A DNA stretch of 64,000 bases from positions 32,984,001 to 33,048,000 of the forward strand of contig CM060731.1 in NCBI GenBank assembly GCA_030704615.1, written 5' to 3'. Of the stretch, positions 13,094-25,204 are shown piece after piece. The DNA comes from Takakia lepidozioides (Eukaryota; Plantae; Bryophyta). A program made the translations under genes and the position numbers. The stretch's first letter is position 1. Each line of letters opens with the position of its first letter. The notes below the pieces were generated by a model, which saw nothing but the letters and a program-made list of their open reading frames with translations, had not been told where the DNA came from and ran no database searches.

Positions 13094-13747
13094 TGTCGCG
13101 GCCCTTTGCCTTGAGGGCAGGGGGTCGGGACACATGAGGGGCTGCCCCTGTGGTGGGGGCAGCAACAGCGATAGGTATGGGGGGCTGAAGCACCCTTGAG
13201 TGCCCAAGGCACTCAGGGAAGCGGAGGCACTCACTAGGTGGAGCCCCGCACACCGGGTTGTGGTGGGGGTGGCATAGGACTCACCATGGGGGCGGAGACC
13301 TCGTGGTGGGAGTTGTGGGGAGTCTTGGGACTCATCACGGTCCATTGGGGCCGCGGTGAGTGGGCCAAGACTCACCGCGACTCACCACCGGGAATCGAGG
13401 GTCTTCGTGGTGGTTCGCCATAAAATGGCATGGCTGGTTGTGAAACCCCCGCGGACAGCTACAGAAGTATATATAGGGAGTAGTAACCCCGAGAACGGTG
13501 CAAGCCCGTTGGTGACCAAAAACTAGTGAGTAAGCGAGCGAGCCGAAAAGCGACCAAAGAGTGGGGAGCTGTTCCGGACTGCCATCTACCAAAGGGAATT
13601 CCACTAGGCCCAAATAGGTGGAGGGTTATGTCCCGGTGAGCAGCCGAAGCTCCAAGTTGGCCCGGCGGCCGGTTGGGAGTCAGGCGCGCGCATCAAAGCG
13701 AGTAACTATGACTTGAGGGGGAGCTTAACGAAGTGAGGTGCGCGACA
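13094..13747 (+). repeat. 5' LTR (654 bp)
   Basis: TGTCGCGG...GCGCGACA; direct repeat of 19271-19995. Confidence 0.95.
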
Positions 13748-13749
13748 TT

Positions 13750-13761
13750 TGGTATCAGAGC
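13750..13761 (+). promoter_or_regulatory. Primer binding site (tRNA-iMet)
   Basis: TGGTATCAGAGC, 2 nt after the 5' LTR. Confidence 0.95.
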
Positions 13762-13802
13762 TTAGAGTTCAGTACGCGATCATCCTTGGGATTGGCCTCA
13801 TC

Positions 13803-16800
13803 ATGGGGTCGGGCAAGCCGAAGCGAAAGCAGAATGGCCCAAAAGATGATGATCCCGGTGAGCCCGATGGGTTTGACGTGTCACCGAGGCGGCCGTTTGA
13901 GGAAGCGATGCATGTTTCCAAAAATGAGGCCGCTCAAGAGCGGGAGGAATCCGAGGAGTCGGAGCCCGAGGAATCCTTGAGAGCTCCGACAAACCAAGAG
14001 ATGCCTCCCATGCCGGCTGCCTTTTGGGAAGGGTTGTTGGCGCAGTTTGGCGGGACGTTGAAACACGTGTTGAAGGCGGCTAATGCCACTTCCACTAAGG
14101 CAAAGTTTAAGGTGAAGCCTAAGGAACCCAGCACCTTTGAGGGCGTCCAAAATTGGAAGGCACTCAACACTTGGCTCCTGGAGCTAGAGCAGTACTTCTT
14201 GGCAGCCAAGTTGAGTGACGAGGATCGGGTGGAAGTGGCTCCCACCTATTTGAGGGGCTATGCTCAACAATGGTGGCAGAAACGCCTTCACGACCGAGGT
14301 CCAAGCCCGGAAACCTTGAACTGGAGTGGGTTCAAGGAATTGATGAAGAGACAGTTTGTGCCCCTCAACGCGTCTTGGCTTGCCCAGGACAAGATGAGGA
14401 ATTTGAAGCAAACAGATGACATTCGGGGATATGTCCAGGCTTTCAATGTGCTGTTGCTCGAAGTCGCGGACATGGCAGAACCAGAAATGGTCTTCAACTT
14501 TGTGGCGGGACTGGCCCCATGGGCCAAACGGAAGTTGGAGGAGAAGCCACCCAAGACTTTGGACGAGGCTATTGAGAGGGCTGAATGTTTCTCAGATGTC
14601 CCTAGGGGTGAAAGACAAGGCCGTACGGAGCTGAACCACAAGAAGATTCGGCGGGAAGGTGACTCCTTCCGACCGGAAAAGAAGTGGGATAGGCCACGCG
14701 GCGAAAATGGCACGTGGAAATCGAAGGGAGGGCCTTCACACGTCAAGGCGACACCCGGTGCTTCGAAAGGAAAAGCGGGTGGAGCGGCTTATGGCGGACA
14801 GAAGGCGACCTTTGATGGAGTGTGTTTCAATTGCGGGGAGCTCGGGCACATGGCCAAGAAGTGCACGAAGCCCCGGCAATTGAACATGATTCGGGCGACC
14901 ACGGAGCTGTCGGAAGATACCATCAGTCGCTTGGTGGAAGCGGTGGTCGCCAGGACTTGCAAGGTAGGCAAATTTTCTTGTGAGTTGTATCAGGAAACTG
15001 GCGCCTTACGAAAAGGGAGTCAGTTATTGTTCGTGGATGGGATAATATCCGGAACTAATGTATCGTTGTTGGTGGACACAGGAGCGTCGCACTCCTTCAT
15101 GACACCGGCAACGACACAAAAGCTGGGACTCCCGACAAGTGACGTGGGGGCCTCTATTGAGGTGCGTTCTGCCAAAGGAGAACCACAGTTGGCGACAAGG
15201 TTGGCAATTGATGTTCCTCTTCAACTGGGGAGTCGGGAAGGACGTGAGAACTTCACCATCAACGAGATCGATGGAGTGGATCTCATTTTGGGGATGACCT
15301 TTTTGAGCAAATCCGGAGCGGTCATAGATGGCCGCAAGAGAGTAGTCACGCTGCCATGTGGGAATGGTGGCGAGGTTTTACGAGTGTCAGAAACGCCCAA
15401 ATCCGTGGGAGGGCGAATAAACCTTCTGTCAGCAAAGGAGTGGGCCGTGGAGCAGGCACACGAGCCCCAGTTTGTGCTTTACATTAGAGAAGTGAAAGGA
15501 GAAGGCGATGGGGAGCCGAGCCCAGATTGGATCAAGGGGATTTTGGAGAAATACCAGGATGTGATGCCGGAGGATTTACCAAGCGGCTTGCCACCGCGAA
15601 GAGGAGTTGACCACAAGATTGAGGTGATACCGGGATCGGAACCGCCTGCCAAGGCGCCCTACCGGTTGAGCCACAGAGAGTTGGTCGAGCTGAAGACTCA
15701 GCTCAAGGATCTAATGTCAAAGGGGTATATCCGGCCGAATAAGTCACCTTACGGAGCCCCGGTGTTATTTGCAGACAAGAAGGATGGGACGCTGCGGATG
15801 TGTGTCGATTACAGGGCTCTGAATAAGGTGACTATTAAAAACCGGTACCCTTTGCCAAGGATCGACAACCTCTTCGATCAGTTGGCAGGAGCGAAGTATT
15901 TCAGCCGGATCGACTTGCGCTCCGGCTATCACCAAATTCGGGTGGCGGAAGGAGATGAGGAGAAGACCGCGTGCAGGACAAGGTATGGTTCATATGAGTT
16001 CTTGGTGATGCCTTTTGGGCTCACCAATGCACCAGCGACATTTAGCACGCTGATGAACAGCCTTTTTCAGGAGTGGTTGGATGACTTTGTGATCGTGTAC
16101 ATCGACGACATCTTGGTGTACTCGAAAACAAAGGAGGAGCACCTGGAGCACCTCAAAAGGGTGTTCCAAAAATTGCGAGAAGGGAAGCTGTACGCGAAAG
16201 CTTCAAAGTGCGAATTCGGGGTCACGAAAGTGGAGTTCTTGGGGCATGTGATTACACAGGATGGGATCAAAATGGATGACAGAAAGGTGAGGGCGATCTT
16301 GGACTGGGAGCCTCCGACTTCGGTCCCGGGAGTGCGATCCTTCCTTGGACTCGCCTCCTATTACCGGAAGTATGTAAGAAATTTCGCCAAGATCGCGGGG
16401 CCGTTGTCAGACCTTCTGTGTAAATCTAAAGTCTGGGCATGGAACACCTTTTGTGGCCAAGCTTTTGCTGAATTGAAGCAGCGGATGGCGGAAGCTCCAG
16501 TCTTGAAAATCCGGGAGTTCGATCGTCCGTTCGAGATACATACAGATGCGTCGGACTTCGCGATTGGGGGTGTACTGATGCAAGATGGACGTCCAGTGGC
16601 TTACGAAAATAAGAAACTGAATGAAGTGGAGCGACGGTGGCCGACGCACGAAAAAGAGATGAAGGCGGTGGTGCACTGTCTTGAGCTTTGGCGCCAGTAT
16701 GTTGGTTCCAACCCAGTGAAGGTGTTCACGGACAATGTCACGGTGAAGTATTTTGCCACGCAGCCCAAGTTGTCCCCAAAACAACTTAGGTGGCAAGATA

Positions 16801-18365
16801 CTTTGGCGGTGTTCGACGTGGATATCCAGTACAAACCGGGAAGAGACAACGTGGTGGCCGATGCTTTAAGTAGAAAGCAGCAGCTCTTGTTGGTGTACAA
16901 GGGCGAGACGGCGCTCCAAAGGAAGATATGGAAGGCTTGCCGAAAGGATGAGCTGGCGAAGTCCGTGATGCAGGACTTGAGGACGGGGGTTAAATCGCAG
17001 TTCCACTTGCAAAATGGACTGCTCCGGTATAAGCAAAAGCGCCTCTACGTGCCGAAGGGAGGGATCAGGGATAGCCTCTTGAGAGAATGCCATGATAGCC
17101 CGCTTGCGGGCCACGGCGGAGCCAAGCGCACTGCGGCACTCTTGAAGAAAGAGTATTTCTGGCCCAAACTGAGGGAGGAGGCAGAGGAGTATGTCAAGAC
17201 ATGCACCACATGCCAACAAAACCGGAGCGAGTACAAAAAGCAAGCGGGGCTGTTACAACCCTTGCCGATTCCAGAGGGGACTTGGGAAAGCGTCTCGATG
17301 GATTTCATGACTGCTATGCCGCTGTCAAAAGGATTCGATGCAATCATGGTGGTGGTGGATAGGTTCAGTAAAATGGGCCATTTCATCCCCACCAAGGAGA
17401 CGGCAACGGCGCAGGAGACAGGGCGACTTTACTTCGCCCACGTCTTAAAGCATCATGGAGTCCCGAAGGATATTGTCTCGGATCGTGATCCAAAGTTTAC
17501 GAGTAAATTTTGGAGGACACTTTGGAAGAAGATGGGGACGAGGCTGAAGATGAGCACCGCCTTCCGACCTACGACGGACGGCCAAACGGAAAGAGTGAAT
17601 TCCGTAGTGAAGCAATTCTTGCGGAATTACGTGTCGGCAGACCAATCAGACTGGATGGAACACTTAGACGCGGCAGAGTTCTGTTATAATAACACAGAAC
17701 ACTCCGCAACGGGAGTTTCCCCTTTCGTATTGGTCTATGGAAAAGCACCTCTGGTGCCGACAAGTTGGGCCGCCCAGGACGTTGAGGAACCGGCAGTAGC
17801 GGCAGTATTGGAAGAACGCGAGCGTTTGTTGAAGCTCGCAAAGTACAACATTGCCAAAGCTAGGAAACGGTATGAAAGGCAGGCAAATCGGAAGCGGAGG
17901 GAAGTGAAGTTTGAGGCAGGCACAGAGGTCTGGTTGAACATCAAGAATTTCCGACTACCTCTGGAAGTGAGTCCAAAGTTCGTACCTCCGTATGCGGGAC
18001 CCTTTCGCATTCGGAAGGTTATGAATGAGGATGTGTATGAATTGGAGCTGCCGGCAAACAGCAAGGTGCACCCAGTATTCCATGTCTCCCTTTTGAAGCC
18101 TTACTTCAAAGATGAAGCGCGTCCGAATCGGCATCAAGTGTTGCGCCCGCCACCTATGCTATTGGATCATGAAAATGAACCTGAGTACGAGGTGGAGGCA
18201 ATACTTAAGTCGAGGAGGTTCAAGAACCGAGAAACGGAGTATCTCGTCAAATGGAAGGGCTATCATCATGTGGAGGCATCTTGGGTGCGTGCCTCAGAAA
18301 TGGGAAACGCATCCGAGGCGGTTGCAGCTTTCGAAGGGCGACCTCAAAAGCGGAAGAAGCGTTGA
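13803..18365 (+). CDS. Gag-Pol polyprotein: gag, CCHC knuckle, protease, RT, RNase H, integrase, chromodomain
   Basis: Single open frame. [14 protein letters not shown]; LVDTGAS; YIDDIL; TDASD; [12 protein letters not shown]; SMDF/SDRD/TERVN; chromodomain YEVEAIL...YLVKWKGY...SW; C-terminal PQKRKKR. First ATG at 13803. Confidence 0.96.
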   Translation: MGSGKPKRKQNGPKDDDPGEPDGFDVSPRRPFEEAMHVSKNEAAQEREESEESEPEESLRAPTNQEMPPMPAAFWEGLLAQFGGTLKHVLKAANATSTKAKFKVKPKEPSTFEGVQNWKALNTWLLELEQYFLAAKLSDEDRVEVAPTYLRGYAQQWWQKRLHDRGPSPETLNWSGFKELMKRQFVPLNASWLAQDKMRNLKQTDDIRGYVQAFNVLLLEVADMAEPEMVFNFVAGLAPWAKRKLEEKPPKTLDEAIERAECFSDVPRGERQGRTELNHKKIRREGDSFRPEKKWDRPRGENGTWKSKGGPSHVKATPGASKGKAGGAAYGGQKATFDGVCFNCGELGHMAKKCTKPRQLNMIRATTELSEDTISRLVEAVVARTCKVGKFSCELYQETGALRKGSQLLFVDGIISGTNVSLLVDTGASHSFMTPATTQKLGLPTSDVGASIEVRSAKGEPQLATRLAIDVPLQLGSREGRENFTINEIDGVDLILGMTFLSKSGAVIDGRKRVVTLPCGNGGEVLRVSETPKSVGGRINLLSAKEWAVEQAHEPQFVLYIREVKGEGDGEPSPDWIKGILEKYQDVMPEDLPSGLPPRRGVDHKIEVIPGSEPPAKAPYRLSHRELVELKTQLKDLMSKGYIRPNKSPYGAPVLFADKKDGTLRMCVDYRALNKVTIKNRYPLPRIDNLFDQLAGAKYFSRIDLRSGYHQIRVAEGDEEKTACRTRYGSYEFLVMPFGLTNAPATFSTLMNSLFQEWLDDFVIVYIDDILVYSKTKEEHLEHLKRVFQKLREGKLYAKASKCEFGVTKVEFLGHVITQDGIKMDDRKVRAILDWEPPTSVPGVRSFLGLASYYRKYVRNFAKIAGPLSDLLCKSKVWAWNTFCGQAFAELKQRMAEAPVLKIREFDRPFEIHTDASDFAIGGVLMQDGRPVAYENKKLNEVERRWPTHEKEMKAVVHCLELWRQYVGSNPVKVFTDNVTVKYFATQPKLSPKQLRWQDTLAVFDVDIQYKPGRDNVVADALSRKQQLLLVYKGETALQRKIWKACRKDELAKSVMQDLRTGVKSQFHLQNGLLRYKQKRLYVPKGGIRDSLLRECHDSPLAGHGGAKRTAALLKKEYFWPKLREEAEEYVKTCTTCQQNRSEYKKQAGLLQPLPIPEGTWESVSMDFMTAMPLSKGFDAIMVVVDRFSKMGHFIPTKETATAQETGRLYFAHVLKHHGVPKDIVSDRDPKFTSKFWRTLWKKMGTRLKMSTAFRPTTDGQTERVNSVVKQFLRNYVSADQSDWMEHLDAAEFCYNNTEHSATGVSPFVLVYGKAPLVPTSWAAQDVEEPAVAAVLEERERLLKLAKYNIAKARKRYERQANRKRREVKFEAGTEVWLNIKNFRLPLEVSPKFVPPYAGPFRIRKVMNEDVYELELPANSKVHPVFHVSLLKPYFKDEARPNRHQVLRPPPMLLDHENEPEYEVEAILKSRRFKNRETEYLVKWKGYHHVEASWVRASEMGNASEAVAAFEGRPQKRKKR

Positions 18366-19270
18366 TTGGGACATCAACCTTGGAGCGTGGGGGAGGAAAT
18401 GCATGCTTAGCCCGGCTTAGCTAGCTTAGGAATCCGATTGCAAAAAACTTGTATTGTACAAAACGTGCTATAAATGAAATGGATTCCAAATGTTGTGCTT
18501 CCTATTTTGTTTGGAATGGTGATGCATGGAATGGTTGGCTAGTGTGTAGAATGCATGCTAGCTTATAAAAGTGGGAGAGGTAAATTGGGTTAATCGTGTG
18601 TTTGCGTAGTGCCGAAATCGGGTGACCCCCATCCAAGGGGCAAGAAAACTTGCGCCTTCTTTGGGAGTTCACGTGCTAGTGCGCACCTGGCGCGTGCGCG
18701 TACTATAACTGCGCTACCGAGGGGGTTGCCTTGTAGTGCGGGCTAACGCGGAAGCTACGTGCTTCCATTCACGTACTATAATCGTGTAGCCTCGGGACGA
18801 AGTCGTAGTGCGGCTTCGGCGTGTTCCCGTACCTCAGGCCAGCATTCCAAGGCGGACCCAATTGTAGTGATTGGGGCGCACGGTTGATTCAAGGTTATCT
18901 TCCTAGTCAAAGAGGGTTCCAGGGAACCCTTGCTCAAGGTGATGCCAAAAGCGGCATCATGAGCGGTCGCAAGCAATGTTGTTGCAGTAAGGCGATTCGA
19001 TCCTCGGGGAGGATCGTTCCTTGGCCTTGAAGTAGGCCAAGAAGAGTGCACTGGGAGGAGCTGGAGAGGCTCCACCCTTGGCCGGGACTTGGAGGAAGTC
19101 GGCCGAACTAGCTAGTGGAGAGTAGAGTCAAGTGTGGGGTTTGGTTCTTTGCCATGGGACGCCATAGTACAGAAACAAACTCCTTGATGTGGGACGCCAC
19201 AACTTGGATGTTTGTTTCTACAAAATGGACAAGTCGATGAGGACATCGACTCCCTGTTGGTAGGGGTGTG

Positions 19271-19995
19271 TGTTGCGGCCCTTTGCCTTGAGGGCAGGGG
19301 GTCGGGACACATGAGGGGCTGCCCCTGTGGTGGGGGCAGCGACAGCGATAGGTATGGGGGGCTGAAGCACCCTTGAGTGCCCAAGGCACTCAGGGAAGCG
19401 GAGGCGCTCACTAGGTGGAGCCCCGCACACCGGGTTGTGGTGGGGGTGGCTCCACAAGGGGTGGTGGTAGCTTAGTGGGACTTAGTGGGGGTGGCATAGG
19501 ACTCACCATGGGGGCGGAGACCTCGTGGTGGGAGTCGTGGGGAGTCTTGGGACTCATCACGGTCCATTGGGGCCGCAGTGAGTGGGCCAAGACTCACCGC
19601 GACTCACCACCGGGAATCGAGGGTCTTCGTGGTGGTTCGCCATAAAATGGCATGGCTGGTTGTGAAACCCCCGCGGACAGCTACAGAAGTATATATAGGG
19701 AGTAGTAACCCCGAGAACGGTGCAAGCCCGTTGGTGACCAAAAACTAGTGAGTAAGCGAGCGAGCCGGAAAGCGACCAAAGAGTGGGGAGCTGTTCCGGA
19801 CTGCCATCTACCAAAGGGAATTCCACTAGGCCCAAATAGATGGAGGGTCTTTCGGGAGAGCGAAGGGGGACCGTTATGTCCCGGTGAGCAGCCGAAGCTC
19901 CAAGTTGGCCCGGCGGCCGGTTGGGAGTCAGGCGCGCGCATCAAAGCGAGTAACTATGACTTGAGGGGGAGCTTACCGAAGTGAGGTGCGCGACA
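19271..19995 (+). repeat. 3' LTR (725 bp)
   Basis: TGTTGCGG...GCGCGACA, preceded by the G-rich tract GGTAGGGGTGTG. Confidence 0.95.
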
Positions 19996-20509
19996 CATAT
20001 ACTGCCACGTGTTCTAGTTTGAGCAAGAGTGATGTCACGTGTCATATAGATTGTTTTCCGAAATAGTTTATATTTTTAATGTTCATATTTTATTTTTTAG
20101 TTTTCATTTAATATTTAAAAGAACAGGGAGATTGCAGCCTTGGATTTTTTTTTTAATGGTATTATTTTTAATATTATTATTTAAAATGAAAGTGAATTAA
20201 ATGATTTAAAATCTTCATTACATGGTGAAATTCCAACATGAAAACAGAATGGATCCCTCCTGCATACTATCAACCACAAGGAGAATGAAAATAGTCAACT
20301 ACAGGGCAATACAAGCCCTATAAATCACATTACAAAAATCCAAATGAGACCAATATCCCAATGGACACCTCAAAAGCCACAAGGTCAAAAAATCCATGCC
20401 TCAAAAGGCCCAGCCAAAAACAAGCAAGCCCACACATGGGCTGAATTGTTGTAGCTAGTATGTTCTAGTGCTATTAGAACAAGAATTCTGTTAAACAGTG
20501 CAATACTGA

Positions 20510-23500
20510 CTATCCCTTCCGCAGCTCCATAAGTTTCAGTAACTTTAGACTCCAAAGTGTTGTCTGGCCAACCACCTGCCCCAACTCGGTCTGTTTCCTA
20601 ACACCATTCACATATGGTAGAGGGGTGTTACTGACACATGCCTCTTTGATGTACACACAGGCATAATCAAGGGGCACAGCAGGATACCCGTAACCCACCA
20701 CAGCACCTTGAAGAGCAACAATCAGCCCTACTCCACATTTCTTGCGTTTGGAGTTCACATCCAACAGCCGAACCTCGTCACCCACCCTGAACTGTGATCC
20801 CAACTCCACACAAAAAAGAACACGATGTGAAAACCCATGACATACACACGACTAGGACACTCAACATTTGCGAGTTAAAGAGAGCCCCAACGTTGGAAAA
20901 ATAATAACAAACAAGACAACGGCCTGGACTTACTCCATTTGCAGTCTCCAGTGGTGGTGAGACCTCTTTTGGGGGGCTACTCGTCGGGTCGACACTCTTG
21001 CCCCTCGTCTGTACCGGCTTGTCGACAATATCACCTTTGTTTGTCACAAGTTCCTGTGTCACAGACCAGAGAACAACCAGGAAAGCAATGAGCAAACAGG
21101 AATAGTGAATAGAAACAAAATCCAAGTATGAATCAAACAAAAAAAGCCAACATGAAAAGCTGCAAAGAAAACCTAGCATTAATCAAGCAACCGAGGAGAA
21201 GCATCCAGGAAAGCAATGCAATGAATGAACCCACAAAAATTTAGCCTCTGGAGCACTGTCAGAATGTTTGTACCTTCACAGTAGCAGTGTTGTACGGTTG
21301 TTGTCCGAAAACAGGCTGAGACTCCAAAAACTTGGGAATACTGGCAGCTTTCGATGTCTTCCACAAGAAAGGCCACAACACCTCTCTTAGATACTCATCA
21401 GTTGGTGAATCTGGTTGCACCTTCCATGGCTCTGGAAAATCCCACTGAAGGGAGGATTGTTTGCCGCCTTTCTTGGTGTGTCGTCAACAAGAACAGTGTC
21501 CTCATAAGTCCATTTTGGCCAGTCTGCCCACACTGTAGACAAGTTCTTGAAATATAATGGCTTTGAATCAGACCCCTTACGGCATGGGAGGACTGGATCC
21601 TCGTCACAGTGAAGGGCATCCCACTGGAAAACCAGGTTAGTGTGGGCTGCAAAAATATAGTCCACCATTGGGAAGAAGTTGCGAGCTTGGCAACAAGACC
21701 ACACCGCCACCTCAAAGTGTTCAAAACACTTTTGCAAAAAGTAATAACAGCGTGGTCTCAAAACTACCATCTTCTTGCCACACATCTTCCCCACAAAACC
21801 TTTGGGAAGGGATGCAGGCCCATTAGCAGAATGAAAAGATTCACATAACAGACCATTTAAGTCCAGAATTAGTAAATGCTTCCTCGTTGGTCCAGGAAGT
21901 AAACTGACATTTGGCTTCAACATGTGAGCAGGAAAAATTAAAGCAACCTGCTTGTTTGTTTTGTCCCCGTCTGCATCTTCCTCCCCATCTAAACTCCCAC
22001 ATACCTGCATACCAGAATCCGGTGTGCCCGGCGGCTCTGTCACCATTGCCCCCTGGACCGGTACTGCCTTTATACGTGGCAAGGGCTGAATTTCCACGTG
22101 TACCTCACAATTGGCCTTCCCTGTATCCTACTGCTGCTCGGTCAAATTCAAAAGATCATCAGTGACAGGAAGACATAAGGGCTTAGAGTGAGCACCAGTT
22201 ACCGTCTGAAATTGGGATTCCAAACATTTTGATACTGTCACAGCAGACGTATCCATCGTAGATGTCATTGGTCCTGCGCCTGGTAGATTAATCCCCAATC
22301 TGGTCACAATGGCTTTCTGGTACTCAATCATACTCTGCATCTGTAATTTTAATTCTGCCATGTCACGTCCTTGTGATTCCACCAGTTTGTCCAAGCCATG
22401 CATCCTGCCAACTACTGTAGAATATGCGAGACTTCCCTCCTGCCAATCCATGAAAACTTGCCCAAGTAAGAATCAAACCAAAAAAACCTAGCATGAAGAA
22501 CCGTTGGAAAGAAAACCCAGGCCAAAAGCCGTGAAAAAAACCCTAGCAACCTATGATGCAGCAACCACTCTAGCAAACGTGGAAAACACACTTACCCGCC
22601 TGTCACTCCCAGCTGACAACCGTGACACTGAACCCTCTTGAATTTCATATAATGTAGGTGGGCACCCTGATAGTGTTTCCTACAAATTAATCCATGCCAC
22701 AAACAAACCCATGCCACAAGTCAGTAAGCAATGTGAGGGCTGACTATATACACATAGCAATTCAATGAGGAACAAAATACAGAGTCGTGATGATGCCACT
22801 TACCAAGCGTGCTTCCACCATTGCCTTCCCACCATGGCCAGTCTTGGTAGGATTCAGAATTGCACCATTTGCCTTTTTCATGTTGCCCGACACTTTGTGG
22901 AACACCTCTGTCTGCCAGTAACTTACAAGCTTGTTCCATACCTCGTCAGATACAGTAATGGGTTTCCCCTTACCACCCAACCACGCAGTGTGTGCTTCAT
23001 AATGCTGGCTCTTCATTATTCTGCCAATTGTTTGTTTTAGGTTGAAGTCTTTTAACTCGTGTGGCGTATATGAAAATAGCTTAGCTAGGTGATCTCTGAT
23101 TTCGTATACAACTTCATCAGGTTGGTTGTTGATGGCAAGGGAACAATCTAGCTTGCGATAAGCCTGTCCTTTAAGGGCAGCGTGCCATACATTCCGGGTC
23201 TGACCATACGGGGCTCCTTTGAGGTTCGTCAAAATCACCGTGGGAGGAAGACCTGCAGCTATTCTCTCTTCCTTGACCTTGGCAGCTTCAATTCTGGCTG
23301 AGCTATTAGCCCTCCTTAAAGCATTGGTTCTATCATTCTTTGAAACGGCACCCTCCCCTCCTTCAGAGACCTCCGTGCGCTCAGGAGAATTCAAAGCAGG
23401 ATCCTGCCAAGTAGGGACTGGTGGCCATGGTTGTTGGCCAGAAGGCCGAGGACCATACTGGCCATACTGTCCATAAGCAAAAGGATATTCCGGTGGCCTG

Positions 23501-24627
23501 CCACCCCCATAGCTATTAGGGGGTGGCAAATATGGTGGAGGAGGATACTGGCCATACTGCCCATATGGAGGAGCACCATATTGACCCTGACCATATTGAG
23601 TGCCAGACTGTGGGTACTGAGGCATACCATAATAAGGTGGGGGTACTGGTGGCACAGAACCCACAACGTTGGGAGAGTTAGGGCCACCTCCTGCGTTCTT
23701 GTGGGCGCCATCTCCATTGCTAGCAGCAGGGATCGTGGATCCAGTGCGCTTGTGCTTGCCCTGAAAAGAAATTCCCCCAGTACAATGTGGGTGATTACAC
23801 ATACATATAGGCAGCAAGCAGCAAATCCTTGAATTCAGGCAAAACAAACTGGAAGCACATATCATTTGTAAAGACAAGATTACCCAAAACTCAGTATGAT
23901 CTTGGGCAGTAAATCTCCCAAATTTGATTGGCCCCAATGATGTCCTCCCAGTACATTTTTGAGCCCTCTTAGGTATGGGGTGTTCCTGAAATCCATAGCA
24001 AGAATTCAAATGGACAAACCTGATGGGTCCATGAGAAGTATCCCTCCAAGTTTTACTGATATTCTGGGTGCATAAGTAACCCAAGTATCCCTATAAGTAG
24101 CCATTGTAGCTTAGTACCAGGACGTTGGTTTCATGGGGCAAAGAATTTGAACACACCTGAAGTCTACATTGGCCTGACATCATGCCTTTGGCACTTCAAC
24201 TTGTCTAGTGGAAATCATTTGTGATTGTGCCTTGGCTGACCCCTGCATTGTCCAACTTCCCTGTCTTGACAGACATACCGTATCTCTTCGTGATTTTACC
24301 AAAAACATACATAATTAGAATCATGGTCATTGTGAAGAACTATAACTCACAGACGGAGAAGGTGTTTGTAGTGTAGATGATGGGTGTTTTTGTCCTGCGA
24401 CATGAGCATGGGCATGTTCTCCTCGGCTTGCCGTGGCATCCGCCGACGACGCACTCGCCTCGCACTGGCGTGGGAGGAGTGGATCGTCCTCATCGTCCTC
24501 AGAAGAGCCCTCATGCAGAATCGTAGTCTTCATCGTCTTCAGTCTGGCACTTTGCCTTGCAGGACCTTGATCCCTAGCTTTTTCCTTCGGAGCGCGTGGC
24601 TTGCGAGGGTGATTCGCTCCCGCAAGC
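20510..24627 (-). pseudogene. CACTA TnpA-like gene with an internal FCP1/NIF-type HAD phosphatase domain (multi-exon; at least one stop and one frameshift)
   Basis: Exons ~24627-24351, 23760-22804, 22679-22596, 22439-~21272, ~21052-20932 and ~20803-20510. Ptta/En-Spm-like region (VWNKLVSYW...TGHGG...PPT), coiled coil, LLILDLNGLL...LRP..FL..CFEHFEVAVWS...LVDDTPRK, then a C-terminal Tnp1-like V.I.....PLPY...LG..VG...LW. Confidence 0.7.
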
Positions 24628-25204
24628 CTGCACAAACACCTCCATGACCTCCCTCTCAAACAATCACAAACAAATGTAAGCATACATACCCTAATACTCT
24701 TAAGCCTACGCTGAACCACAGCCGCACCCTACCAGGACGTAATGTCTGCCCACGAATGACGGCGGACATCTCCCGCCTAATGACACACCCTCCTCAAACC
24801 TAATCGTCATTCACTGCATGTTGTTTGCCTCTCTGTTTGTACAAGTCGCAGGTACTCGCCCCCATTTGTGCTATGAAGCTTATGATCGCTGTAGGAAGGT
24901 TAGAGGATAAGGCAAATCGCAAGTTTTGTGGGTGGGTATCCAAAGTCAGGAACTAAACTCACCCATCTATCGACTGTTTGAACGTTGCTTCCACCTCCTT
25001 TATGGCAGCAATCCGGCGCTCTCGGAACTTCTCGTACTCAGTGAGAGGGACTGTCACTTCGAAGACCTTCCGCTTCACCATGGACACTCAGAAACGATAC
25101 TTATAGTATACTATAGATATAGAAATAGCACATTGGCAGCTGGTGCAAAACTAGAGACAATGCACTGTGCGTAGCATGCAAAGAGGGAAGGGGTGATTTA
25201 AAGC

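Larger units (their letters stand above)
13094..19995 (+). mobile_element. Full-length Ty3/gypsy chromovirus LTR retrotransposon (Galadriel-like)
   Basis: TG...CA LTRs at 13094-13747 and 19271-19995. 5-bp TSD CATAT at 13089-13093 and 19996-20000. tRNA-iMet PBS, G-rich PPT and an intact gag-pol ORF. Confidence 0.97.

Noticed and set aside
13749-13802. ORF-track start of Gag-Pol at 13749
   Set aside because: It is a TTG within the PBS; the first ATG is at 13803.
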